Source: Toensbergia leucococca (lineage: Eukaryota). Taken from it: a stretch of 64,000 nucleotides of DNA. The DNA is taken from contig JALDZS010000011.1 of NCBI GenBank assembly GCA_022813965.1, forward strand, positions 1 to 64,000. The letters run 5' to 3'. The notes beneath the pieces were generated by a model. The model was not told the DNA's origin and searched no databases. It saw only the letters and a list, made by a program, of their open reading frames with translations. The translations under genes were made by a program, and so were the position numbers. Each line of letters opens with the position of its first letter. The stretch's first letter is position 1. Of this stretch, positions 35,906 to 49,153 are shown one piece after another.

Positions 35906-37457
35906 ATGGCTGTTTTGGATAAACTGAGTACGGAGCTGCTTAATATCATTCGTGAGGTGACTCTCGATATTATGTCTAAATGTATTCCAAGGATTGATGG
36001 CATCCCAAACCCTTTTGAGAGCTTGCTACCTTTGCTGCCGCAACTGCAGCACGTTAGGTTGGTTGCATTATTGCTATAGAAGCTTAGCTCCCCACATGAC
36101 TAACCCTGCCTCCAGGCTTGGGGAAAGTTGGAGGAGTTGTTGCTTTTGTGAGGAATGGTTTGAACCTTCACTTCTAGTCGCCATCAATCAACTTCAACGT
36201 CCAGTCACTCTTAGTATAAGCTACCGTGTTGATACCGTGGACAGTAACACGCGAATAGGCCAACTGTCTTGTCTTAACATGTTGCGACTTAATACCCATC
36301 AAGACAGCCACCCTGATCTTGTCAGCATCTCTTCTCGGGATATCGCCAAATTCATTTTGCAAAACCCACGCTTGAGGAACCTGAGCCTGCGCCTAGCAGA
36401 GAGATCTTCTGAGGGCGCTGTCAGTAACCTTCATTGGGAAACACTAGACCACGCTCTCGAGCACGTTAGTCGAAGCGATTTTCAATTAGAAAGCCTAGCG
36501 CTTGAAGGCAACTCCCATTTTTCAAAAGGAGCTTGGACAGCGTGGAGAACCAATTTTGGGTGGACCTCGCTCCGCTCCCTGTCCATTGCGAACATCACCT
36601 TAGCACAACAAATGACAAGCCATCTCAGTGGTCAGTTGCCTGCACTTCAAACCTTGAAATTGTCAGTCTTCGACGAATCTGATAGCGCAGATCTCATTCG
36701 CATTAGCGATGACACTGACAAGTTCAAGTCTGCCTCAGCATCTATTAAAGCCTTCATCTCAACTCTGCACCTCACAGGCCTCTCACTCCATGGCTTCAAT
36801 CCTGACATTCTCGACCATTCAATCGAATCTAGTAGCGTCACTCTACGTAAGCTACGCCTCCACGTCTGTGACTCGGACCCAAGTCTTCTGTTTGGTACCG
36901 AGCCTCGCGAAAACCTTCGGTCCACGTGCAAAGCTCTCGAATGGCTCGGGCTCAATGTTACCCCCCTCAGTCTCCTCGGAGCTAGCCACATTAGCGACAA
37001 GCCAATCAAGATCGAATATATCCCAAGAGGTAATGCCAGTGCAGGCAAAGTAGGGTCGCACTATGATCCAATCATAGCAGATACCTACCTCCTGGACACC
37101 CTCGCAACTATCCTCCCACTCCGACACATCCGCCTGTTTATCCACTGGCCTTACGACGACGAAACGCTCCCCATGTCCAATACCCAAGCAATCTCGATCT
37201 TTGCCTATCTCCGTTCTCATAAGCGTGGAAATGCATTGGAAAGTCTGGTAATATGCGGTCATGAATGGGGCACGTCCGGCGTCTGGATAATATGGGATCT
37301 GGGCCCTTGGATGGCAACGTTGGAGTCATGTAAGAATGGTCAGTGGTACGAGGAGGTGTGGAATACGGAGGAGAGGAAGTTATGCGAGCGTCGTGAGAGG
37401 CATGTTGTTGGTCCGGCTTCGATTAAAGATTATTTTGGAGTCCCCGAGGGCTGGTGA
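35906..37457 (+). CDS. F-box/LRR-like hypothetical protein (5' exons approximate)
   Basis: First exon MAVLDKLSTELLNIIRE followed by GTGACT; long exon with LRR-like LxxLxL repeats (LRNLSL, LESLAL, LRSLSI, LQTLKL). Confidence 0.65.
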
Positions 37458-38124
37458 TGCGAGGATGTGTAGTGGAGCATTGACTACTGATGAGGAGATA
37501 GAAAGAGACGCTGGATCACACTCATAGATGAGATTGATGGATAAGATCCACTTCCTTAGTCTTCGTCCAACCCCCAATAGTATACGAGTGAAGATCAAGA
37601 TAGGGGAAACTCTGTGAATACAAAAGCACAATCTTTTACCTCAATCAAAATATTTTCTTGCCATGAGGGAAATACTGATAGAATAACATTGTGATCGAGC
37701 GTATGATATACTCGGTGAGCAATTGAGTGTATCTGATAATGTAAAAGTACAAGGGAGCGAACTGATCAAGGAGGGTTCCCAAGGACATCATCTAATTCAA
37801 TGCTGGACATGTCTAATGATGATGACTAATGGTGTGATTACACCTATCATACGGATACCTCATCATCCAAATGCTACATCGCCATCAATCATCATCACTA
37901 AATGCTCCATCACCATGCGACAATGCCCTTTTACATCAAGTATCTCCATCGTCTGGTCGCAACGACCATAACCGCGAGGAGATTCCTAGTAGGATAACCC
38001 CGGCATCGGCCCGTTCCCGGCTCCTCATTACAAACAAGGCATCTCCACCACCGCAAAGGAACAGAATTATCTGAGTACAAGAGCTTCTACCATCTCACAA
38101 ACAACAACAGCCTAGAAAACCACG

Positions 38125-39143
38125 ATGACAGAAGTTGAGACCTTAGCCTGTGTGGCGCAGCTTGCAAAAGACAGGAGACAAGATGAACAACGCTATGATC
38201 CATCACTCGAGAGCCTCCCCGAACCAGCTCGGAAGCTACTGGAAGAATATGCCCACATTCCAGCCGACCGTGTGCTTTCTCACGTGGTAGAAGTGGTATG
38301 TTCTCAGACATGGTAGTTAGACTTCCAAAACCCTGATGTGCAGACAGCGAAAGCAGGCATGGGAAGTCGTAAGCAAGAGCAGCTTTGCGTCTGTAGAAAT
38401 TGATGCCCATATATGATCAGTTTCCATATCCCTGCATAGGCCGATTCCGCTTCCTGGATCTCAACATGTCCAGTACTCCCCACTACCCCGAGGTTGTCGA
38501 GCGGCTGAAGGATGGGCAGAAGTTGCTCGATTTAGGCTGCTGCTTTGGGCAGGAAATTCGCCAACTGGTGCGCTAGTACAACATCTGCTAAAGACTAATT
38601 TCCAGTAATTAAGAATCCAAATCCTAGGTCTCGGAAGGTGTACCATCATCTCGTCTGTACGGCTCAGACCTACGTCTCGACTTTATTAAATTAGGCTACT
38701 CGCTCTTCCTGGACAAAGACACGATAAACGCCTCCTTTATCGCCGCCGATATCTTCGACCCAGACTCCGATCTCAAACAAATAGACGGTCAAATCGACAT
38801 CGTACATGCAAGTTCATTCTTCCATCTCTTTTCCTGGACGCAGCAGCTCCAGATGGCGAAGCGCGTTGCCAAGATACTGCGACCGCGGGCTGGGTCTCTA
38901 GTTATGGGACGGCAAGGGGCAAATGTAAAACCTGGGGAGTATGCGCGGAAGTCTGGAGGGGGGAGTAGGTATAGGCACAACGGGGCTTCTTGGGAGGAGA
39001 TGTGGAAGCAAGTTGGAGAGGAGACAGGGACGAGCTGGGTGGTAGAAACGGAAATGGGGCTTAATCCTAGGGAAGTCGAGGAAGTGAAAAGGTTTGGTGA
39101 GGATGGTGTTCAATGGATGAAGTATCTGGTAAGGAGGGAATGA
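38125..39143 (+). CDS. SAM-dependent methyltransferase (AusD-like family), multi-exon
   Basis: [70 protein letters not shown]. Confidence 0.9.
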
Positions 39144-41468
39144 ATGGGGTTCAGGAATCGAGCAAAATTGGGATAAGCTATGTCTTCTTTTTTTGCGCCA
39201 AGAGAGTTTCACTGATATGATTCTTTGGATAACATTCTCATCATTGTATCGTGGATACGGTGTGGAAATTCCCTTTTTCGTTGAACCTTAAACACTAGCA
39301 TAGCACAAGCGTGTCCAGTGTGGTGAAATAGATTTATCAGCGAATATTTTGATGCAGAAGTCAAATCAAAGTCCGAAGACTTGAATGCTGGGAATCCACG
39401 TAAAGCGAGATGTGAGTGATGTGAAGTCTAATGCTGGATTGATAGATTTGAGCTAAGAAGTCTTGCATTAATTAGCTGGTTAGGTAGGTAGGTAGGTGAT
39501 GAGAGTTTGTTAAGGTTAATGTTTAAGGTAGGTACCTAGTTTGAGTGAGGCTATTTAATTTTGAGTTTGTTGATGTCACACGACTTGTGGGATCTTGACT
39601 TCAGAGTCTGCGATGGTGTTGAGGTACATCTTCAGTGATGCGATTATTACTCTACAACAATACTACCCATGAGTATTGTAAAAGAATAGTACAGATATGG
39701 GAAAGGGGTCAAATCCTCATCAACCACATGTGCGAATATTTATCACCTTACTCTACTCGATCCGGGTTCAAGTCGCTTATCTTCACAGACCCCGCGCAGA
39801 TCAGCGGCTGTGGCTAGCTGAAGAAGCCTAAATGAATGACATGGCTGGAAGGACTGCAGGACGTGGCTTTTATCACCTTGCATGAACCACGATGCTCTGC
39901 ACGTTTCTCAGTCTTTCCCCTTTTAAGCCTGCATGAAGTCAGAGGCTGGCTGTCGGATCAATATGAGCTTATTTGGAAGGTGCACTTACCTACTCCATAC
40001 CTATCCTGGAGCCTGCCTGCTCATCATTGAAATGCGACGCCGGCATCGGGACGTCCCGTTCTGACGCTTGCTATTCTGACTATCACGACCCCGCTCTCGG
40101 ACGAAGGAAGCGCACAGTCAACTGAAGGAGAGGAGATTACCCAGGTATAGAATCCCACCATAAGTCTAGATTCTCCATTCACTACCATTCCTACGCTTGA
40201 CAACCAAGTAAGCTTTGACTAGTCAGATTCGCTCTTCTTCACTTACAGCTCAGGGCGCTGCTAGACAACTAGAGATAGGAAGAGAGGTATCAGTCTCTCC
40301 TCTGACGCGTCACTGGCTCGGACTTCACAAACGCCAATTCCGCTAGCGTGACAAGGTCTCAAAGCCTCTATTGACGGTCCTCGTTCCTACTCGCTCGATA
40401 ATCATGTCTTGAGAATCCTCGCTTGTTACAAGGTTTGACGTCGGACTTGGCATAGATGTCAGTGCTCTAGACACTTTCTGTCATTGGTATTTTACCTGTT
40501 CGGGGAACATTGATCATGCAGCCCATGGAGATCTAAGGTGCGCCCTTCCGTCAGATTGCTTTTGATCACGGTTTCAGTGTTCCTACTGCAAGTCTGAGAA
40601 CCTTCGACGATCCCGCCTTGTAGAAGAATCACATCCTTTGAGTCCTGACCGGTTCTCTATTGGTTGACTTGATGCCGCAGCATGTACTCCACGTCACCAA
40701 AATCATTAACCTTCTTGGGTCGATCCACAGTCGTCGATAATTGGCTGCGCTTGTTTGGTTCGAGACAATCTAGCTGAATTCAGCGAATGCATCTGTTGGC
40801 GCAAGGCCTTTCTTCCCTTTCTCTACCTACTCTGCAGCTGCATAGCTAGCCCTCAAACTACCATATGCAGACCTTCGGTCTTCATGGGCATCTGGGCCAG
40901 ACCTACTTTGTCTCCACTGCACCTTGACCTGATTGAGGTTCAAATCTAACCAAGTGGCCAATCCAAACCCCAATCGCACTTTGCAGACAATCGATCCCCT
41001 CAACCCTCGCTAATCTTTCCCATATGTGGAAAGCATCAATCTTTTCATCAAAGCAGGCCTGACAGCTTCAGCTCGTGCATGGCTTCAGGGCTTGCCAGAA
41101 GCGGTATCGTTATTAGCCACCCTCAACATGATACTGCAAATCCTTTGACGATCCTTGCATCGTGTACCCAAATGTGCTCTGTACATGCCCGTGGGCACTC
41201 GCCATTCCGGGAACCCATCTACCGAAACCGCCCAAAGCAAGTCATGGCGCCGTTGATCAGAGTTTATCCTGACATATCCACTGTTGGATCATCACTAATC
41301 CCCCGGCTCATGTGTCAAAATTCCCTGACATTACAATTACCTTGAAGACCTATATGGTCAGTTACTTGACCACTGCTTCTTGAAAAGCCTATGCCCATAC
41401 AGGACAGTAAGTCACCCAATCGAGTACACAGAACTGGTTGCCGTCATTCATTTGCTGCGTGTTTGAGT

Positions 41469-44400
41469 ATGCTTGGATTACGACGCAGTCCTCTCAGTAA
41501 GTTGCTAGAGCAGCTGCTCGCCTACATTAGCTCTCTGCGATATACATTTGCTCACTAAATACCTCTTTTCAGGTAAACGTACGACCAGTTCAAGCTCTAC
41601 TTCGCAACAGGCCAACAAACCGGAACCAAACACTGAGCCAATAAAACCCGTTGCTGCAGCCATGCCAGCCACCATGGAAAAGGAAAAGCCGGCTAGTAAT
41701 GCAGCGATCATTACCAAGCCTAATGCCAATGGGATCACTACTAACGGGTCCACTGCTAATGGTGAGCACGTGGCTTCATACTCACAACAACAACAGATCA
41801 CTATTATCGAGAAAACGGTCGTGGATGTGAGACGAAAAATCAATACAGAGCTTGACTCCGAGAAACAATGCCTCGTGGATGAAGCTTCTATCGAAACATT
41901 TCTGGAATACATCGCTAAAGAACGTCTGACTCGTATGCCTCATCGAGGAAGCAGGTGGGACAAGGTTTTGAAATGGGCGGAATACTTTGCAATTCAGGTC
42001 TCAGAGTATCAAAAGATTGTCAAGGCATTTCTTCCTGGAAGCGATGCAGCAGCGAAGCTAGCATGGGGCAATTGCCGTGTCTTGCTCGAGGTGTGTCAAC
42101 TGAATATGGAAGAATCGAGTCGCTTGCTAATACCAGTCTAGATGGGCCCAAGTCAAGCCGTTGCCTTGGAAAAGTCTTTCGCTATCTTCTATAGACTAGC
42201 CCTTGTACTGGCGACATTCTTGCGCAATCGGAACCTCTTTGGCGTTAGCGGTGAGATTCGACAGGCATTGGGAGAGGCCTATGTTGAATTACTTATATTG
42301 GTAACGGATGTCACTGTACAATACAACAGAAGAATCAACGGTAAGTCCTCGGTGTGTCTATTGATCTCGACTAAATGAATTTTTTTAGAAATGACGGGAA
42401 CTTTCGTCACCGTGGACTTTAACAGCATTTTTGGACGAAAGCTGGGCGCTTTTTACATGCGCAAAGATCGTATCGCGGATGCTATGTGGAGTTATCAGCT
42501 GCAACGGAATGCCAGCACGAAAAGTGAGAAATTACAATTCCCAAGACGAACATTATTCGCAGCTAAATATCAGCAGATTCGACTGTCAACATCGAGCATA
42601 TGCGCAAATGGCTAGCCCCACGAGACACTGTCTTGCAGAATTTGTCATCTGACCGCATGGCTTCAAGGAATGTCCGCGATGAATTTACATGCGAATGGTT
42701 CCAAAAAAATCTGCTTGATTTTGCTCGCAGCCACGACGAGGTAATGGCCATCAACGGTGAAGTAGGATGCGGTAAGAGTGTTCTGTCCGGATGGATCGTA
42801 GAGAGGCTGCAAAGACCGTTGGGAAGGAAGTCGTATGAGACCTTATCACATATAATCGGTACGTACATCCAAGAGATGTCTGAAGTCTTCGCTCCATGTT
42901 AATCATTTTCTGCAGATTCCGACGTTCCGAGTGAGACGACAACATTCAGTTTGGTCAAGCACCTTCTCTCGCAATTGCTAGAGCAGAAGGTGGGCAACGT
43001 GAGCTTGTATCAATCGATTGCCGCTGCCTTTGAGATGTCTTCGAAATTTTCCAACAATGCAAAGGTAGAAGATGCTCTGTGGAGCGCGCTAGAAACAGCT
43101 GTCAAGACATCTGAGAATTTGATTATCGTCATCGACGGTGTAGACAAGATCAGCGGCGGCGAAACATCGTATATAAAGCTGTTTGAGCGACTGCATGATC
43201 TGGCAGCAAAGCATAATACGGTGAAAACAGTCCTGCTATCTCGGCCTCTTTCTAAACCATTTTCGAAGCCGTGTCGCCATTTCTCCATCACTCCGGACCA
43301 CACGCACAATGACATTCGCCATATGGTAATGGCGAGTCTTACCCACTACCATCACTTCCACGATCAGAGCCACAGAGATCAAGAAACCATCATTGAGCGA
43401 ATCACGCATGGTGCCAACGGATCGTTTGTCTGGGCCGATCTTACCATGGAGATCCTTAAAAAAGAGAAGACTCATGAAGGTTTCATAAAATCCCTGGAAA
43501 CGACGCCTAAGCCTCTTGTGGAAGTTATTCAGAAGCTTTTGAAGACTGTAAATTTAACAAGCAACGAGACCAAGCTCATGCTCTCATGGTTCATTGCAGC
43601 GGAGAGGCCTCTTACCATTACAGAGGTAAAGCATTTGTACGAAGTCGATGTCCATAAGAAGAACTTTTTTGGGAGAAACACAGACATTGAAGATGACATC
43701 CGCCATGTCTGCGGATCATTGTTGATTATCAAAGACGGTGCTGTCCGATTTCGACATGCATCCATCAAGCAATACATGTTGGATATGTCCAATCAAGGAA
43801 AATTCTTGATGCCACTGAAAGACGCCCAGCGCGACCTTACCATTAGGATATTGACATATGTCAAGATCTGCCTGACCCAGCGTCACGAACCATCCTTCGA
43901 CCCTCTTCAACACTCAAATGTCAACGAGTTGTTTCACTCGCATCACCTGCTAGAATACACAGTGAGATACTGGGCAGTGCATTTTCACCAATCGCATATA
44001 GCAAAGCCGGACGGCACGTTTGACTTTCCCAATGAGTTTCAGTCTGTCTTTCCGAGCTCGACCCTATTTCCGATGCTCGAAGGTTCCTGCTGGGAGACGC
44101 AGATGTCTGTAGTCGAAGCTATCAATATGCACAAGTTGTCTCTGCGCATTCGTCAGCACGTGTTTAGTGAGAAGCACGATTCGGTACTACAATCGGTCAT
44201 CATTGTCGCCACTACTTATCGAAAGATATCAAGCGTGACCGAGGCCAGTGTGTACTTCTACCAGGCTTCTTGTCTCGGTCAAACGCTCCTTGGGAAGTTC
44301 AGCCTGGTTTCCGTTACAGCAGCAACTGCCTATCTGACATGCACCCAATCAATTACAAGTAGCACTCGTACTGAAGTGATTATTCACAAGGAGGAGATGT

Positions 44401-47400
44401 TAAAGTTCATTATTGCAGCACACAAGCATCAACATGGCGCCTCTAGCGACCTCACTATCAAATATCAGAAGATACTTGCACAGCTCTATACCGAGATTCA
44501 CGAGGAGAAAAATGCAGCCTTGATCTACCGCGAGGTTTATGATTCGACCGTCGACCGATATGGCCAGTTCTCCAAAGAAGCTACTTCTGTGTCCAAAGAA
44601 CTCGTCATTGTTCTTCAGAAAGATACCACAAAGCGCGAAGACATCGTTCAGTACACCAAACCTGTCTTTCGAATTGCCGAGGATACCATGGATATTACTG
44701 ACACTCGCCGCATTAATGTAACCATCGAAATGGCCAAGACGTACGAATTACGAAAGGACTTCCTCATGGCGGAAGAGATATACGTAAATCTATGGCGCAG
44801 GGTGGTCGACACTTGCCGTACAAAGAAGACTGTCGAGAATCAAGAGCGAAAGATTGAAGTAACAATGACATATGTCGAGTTTCTTAGACGTTACCAGCGC
44901 AACTCGGAAGCATCAAGCATCCTCCTCGGCTTATGGAGTGAATACCAGCATGAGACCATCTCGTCGGAAACTCTCATTCTTCGTCTAAAGAGGGTTGGAG
45001 AAGAGATGAAAGCCATTGGTCTTGTTACGGCCGCGTTGTCAGTGTTTACTTCGGTATGGGGCTACTTCAAAAGAAGCAGCAAGCAAACTTCATCAGATGC
45101 AGTGTCAACCGCCGTTCTACTTGCCGAGTCGGCTCAGGAGGTTCAAACGCACTCGCACAAACATTCTGTCACAACTACTACCGTGTTTGAAACGATTTTG
45201 CGGGAAATCTTTGAATCCACTATGTCGAGATCTGTTGTTGATATCACTACCATCAAAACATGCAATACTCTCAGCCTATATTATGTTAGTCATAAACGTT
45301 GGTCGGAGGCCACCAAGGTCACACACGATTCGTTGCGTCTCATATGGAACTCCTTGATCACAGGGTCCGGTAAGATCACCTTGCCGGACAAGTTCATATC
45401 GGAAACCATCACGATGGCAGAGCGTCTTGCATTCTGCTATCATAAAGAGAAGCATATCGAGAAGGCAGAACACATTTATGTCTCGGTCTTTCGAGCAACA
45501 AAAAATTCCCTGCGCATCGACGATGAAACTGTGAACAAGTCGAGCCAAACACTTATCTTATTCTACGAGGAGACTTCTCAGTTCCACAAGGTCATTGGAG
45601 TATATGAGGAGCTCGTCCAAGGTTATCGTACGTCACTTGGGGCCACGCATACTGTGACTATCAAGACTCTTTACACCTTAGGCTCGCTTTGTGTCCTCCA
45701 CAAGCACAAGGACGCTGGTCGCTATTACTTAGAGATTGTCACCTCGTTAAATAAAGGATCTGATGTGTGTCATCACGATGCGCTCGAGGCCGGTATTATC
45801 TTGTCCAAGATCTACCACGATGAGCAGCACTGGACAGAGATGCAGAAGATATGTCATTCTTTGTGGCAGTCCTTCATCAAGCATGGCAAAGAATACAACA
45901 TGACTGCAGAGGTCGTACAGACGATATATCATAGATATACCCATGTCCTGGAGAAAGAGATCAAGGTCGAGTACTCCATTCTGCGTCAAGTGGCTATCGA
46001 ATATCGCGAGACAACCTTCAAGGTATTTGGTGCTCATTCGACTATTACCATCAAGGCGGCTATCTGTCTTGCCCAGATCAACGAGAAAAGCGAGAAGCAC
46101 CAACAAGAAGCCATTAATATCTACGAGGAGGTCATTCGAGAGACAAAGACGAGCACGACGACTGCCGAAACCACCAGTGTCATCAGTAGAGCGAGAGAAC
46201 TTCTCGCGCATCTGTATATCTCAACAACATCGTCCACGGCCAACTCGACGTCTGTCCAGAAAGCTGTCATTTTGTATTCGGAGCAATTTGAACAGACCAA
46301 AGCTCAACATGGATGCTCACATGAGTCTACCTTGTCTACGTTGACGGAGCTCGTAAAACTGCTCCGAAAGCAGAATACTCAGCAATCTCATGCTTCTGCC
46401 GTTCGTGAGATGCAGGTCACTACTATTGAGATCATCACCAGGGAAACTTCTTCCAAGAAACTTTTCGAATCTGCCATGACAATGGCCTCGACCTACAGAA
46501 GCTGTGGATACACCGAGCAAGGTTACGAGCTCCTACGCGAGTTACGTCGACAGATCATCTCGGAAGATATGAGATCAAGCGAAAAAGCAGGCTTCAAACT
46601 TAGTCACGCTGTGGGCCGTAGTTCCTACGTGTTTCTTGTAACATTCGAAGAGACTCTTGCAGGATCTACCACAATCAGCTTCTCCGAGATTATGGCAGAT
46701 CTTCTTACAGAAACCATTCTATACGAGCATTACACTCGATCAATCAAAGCGGACGCGAAGTTTGAGAGTATTATGATTAATGGTGCTCGCCTTCGGTCTT
46801 TCTTGGTCGATAAGAAGCGTCAGGATCAAAGTACCATTCTCGAGCAACAACTCTACGAGAAATTCATCAAGGTCTGGGGTGCATCGATTAAAACCAACAA
46901 GCAGTCATGGGCCTTCTTTATCGTGTTACTCATTGAGCTTAGCAAAGATAAGCACACTGTCCACGTTGGTAATTCCGCCTCCACGGCAGGTAACCACCAT
47001 GTCTGGCATCTACTTCAAAATGACAGATTTCAAGAGGCCTACGACTTCGCTACCTGCGTCTTTCAATTCTCCTCTAATCACCGTGGATACCACGAGACCC
47101 GCGATATCGGTAACGGCTTCAAACTATCGTTGTACATGGCAGGTCGAGGTGCGAAGAAGTGTCCAGAAGAGAAGCTTCGTATTCAGATGCTAGACCTTTC
47201 GAAGCTTATCCTCCGCGACGTCCTCAAAATCTGCAGAGAGTTGAAGATTAACTTTGTGCAAATCCCATTGGCGGAACTTAATGATCTTGTTTCTTTGATG
47301 GGCGAACAGCAAAACTTTGGAGATCTTGAGGTATGTTTTCCATTTCCCAATTAATCAGAATCATCGATACTTACCTCATCATTTTCCAGTGGCTCCTTGC

Positions 47401-48070
47401 CGAGTTATGGCACTCCCGTCAAGCCCAAAAGACGTGGTCTCCCAGCACCATTGTCGGCGTTGGTCGCCGCCTAGTCGAAGTCCGCTTTACCCACGGTCAC
47501 CGCGACGCTGCAATCCGCCTCTGTGAAGACATTTGCTACAATCTTCGCAACGTTTGGGGCAACCTCGACAAGACCACCCTCGAGATGTTTACCCTCCTCT
47601 CCCAACTTTACACCGCCGCTGGCCAGTACCGCGACGCTATGGGCGTGCACGAAGAGACCCTCCGCCTCTCCATCTCCGGCGAAGACGAGGATAGCGTCTC
47701 GGATGCCGAGGCCGCGCAGATTGCAAGGACCCATCTCGATTTGATGAAGAGGAGCTATCAGCGTCTTGGTGGCTGGGACAAAAATCCCGAGACGTACAAG
47801 GAGCTGTATTCGGATCTTGCGGACGTGTATGCTAAATTCGACTCCTGGAAGGGTGTGCAGAGTCTTGATAAATGGAGCTCCAAAGGCAGTTCGACGGATC
47901 AGATGGGCATGTTTTCCGCTCCCGCGAGTTGGGAATTTGCGGATTTGAAGAATGAGGACGGGAAGGTTAGGAGGGATAGGTTGAGGGTTAGCAGTGCTAA
48001 TTGGGGCCTCAAGGCCCATGGGGGAAGGGAGGGGGTCAATGGGGGAAAGGGAGGGGAGATTGTGGTGTAG
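41469..48070 (+). CDS. Very large NACHT-domain protein with C-terminal TPR-like helical repeats (~2,000+ aa, about 7 exons)
   Basis: RLTRMPHRGSRWDKVL N-domain; WLAP…FTCEWF; Walker A GEVGCGKS; Walker B IIVIDGVD; ANGSFVWA; AAERPLT; FRHASI; LLEYTVRYW; TPR-like LGATHTVTIKTL. Confidence 0.9.
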
Positions 48071-49153
48071 ATTTTTTTGAAGGGGAAGGCTGTGAGGGAG
48101 GGTGAAGGTGGATGCATGTCACTCTTTATTGTATGATTTTGGGGTTTGCGGATGGTTTTGTTTGAGTTTTTGATTGTGAATATCTGAAGTTGAGAATTTG
48201 TCGTTTTAAGGTTTGATTTTCACGTCAGTGTAGAGTCATTTTTGTTTTTCAGGACGTCACCTTGTTTTTTGAATTATAATGACGCTTTTTTTACTTTTTT
48301 TCTTCTCCCTCATGAATGATGGTCTTCATTGCAGCCAACGAAGTGAGATGTAATTACTACCCAGCTTTGATTGAGCGGACCTCACTTGACTCGCTCAATG
48401 GTGCAGTAACGTGACAAACTCCGATTTTCCTTTACTCGTGTCACTGCTCACCCACTTCCCTTACTCGTAGATGGACCTTTTTCCTCCCGTGGTTGAATTC
48501 TGGTATATTCTGCGTCACATATGAATCAGACCCTGACATCTACATATATATATCTCTCTTGATTGACTCTCAATCGTTTTCTTTGAGGCGGCCCTCGCCT
48601 CTTATCAGTGTTTCATCGGATTGATTGTATCTTTATCACAATCTTCTCGGGTCCATTTCTGGATTCTATTCTCGTAATCGTGGGGAGGAAGATTTTGCAA
48701 TTTCACCTTCAATTCTTTCGATGCTGCAAATGTGTGAAGTGGTATGGCTGGATACGGGATGTCAGTCAGTCAAGATGTCTTTGACAGGACTGTTGAGGAA
48801 GTGGGAAGCTTCTTTTTTTTCTTTTTTTGAGGATTTGTGGAAGGGGTGAGTAGACGATTGGCCGTTAGAGGCTTGTTGTTTGCTTGAGATGGAGCCGTGG
48901 CCTCTGGTGCTTGCGTTGGCTGGGTCGTGGTTATTTGGAGTTGTTGTGGCGGTGGCTGCTGTTACCGACCTCAATGTGCGTTTGGAGCACGATCCGGACT
49001 TTGATATTTGAGGTTCTCGTACTAAAGTCCTGATACTCTTGAGACCACGGTCACCACTCCTGATACTCAAGCTAGATGATAGAGAAGAATCGTCTGCACC
49101 ACCAACATTTTTGCAAGCCCTCCTCAAAGTTTCTCATTGAGCAAAATCCATCA

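Noticed and set aside
32988..39143. Possible secondary-metabolite cluster around the AusD-like methyltransferase
   Set aside because: No PKS, NRPS, terpene synthase, transporter or cluster regulator in the window.
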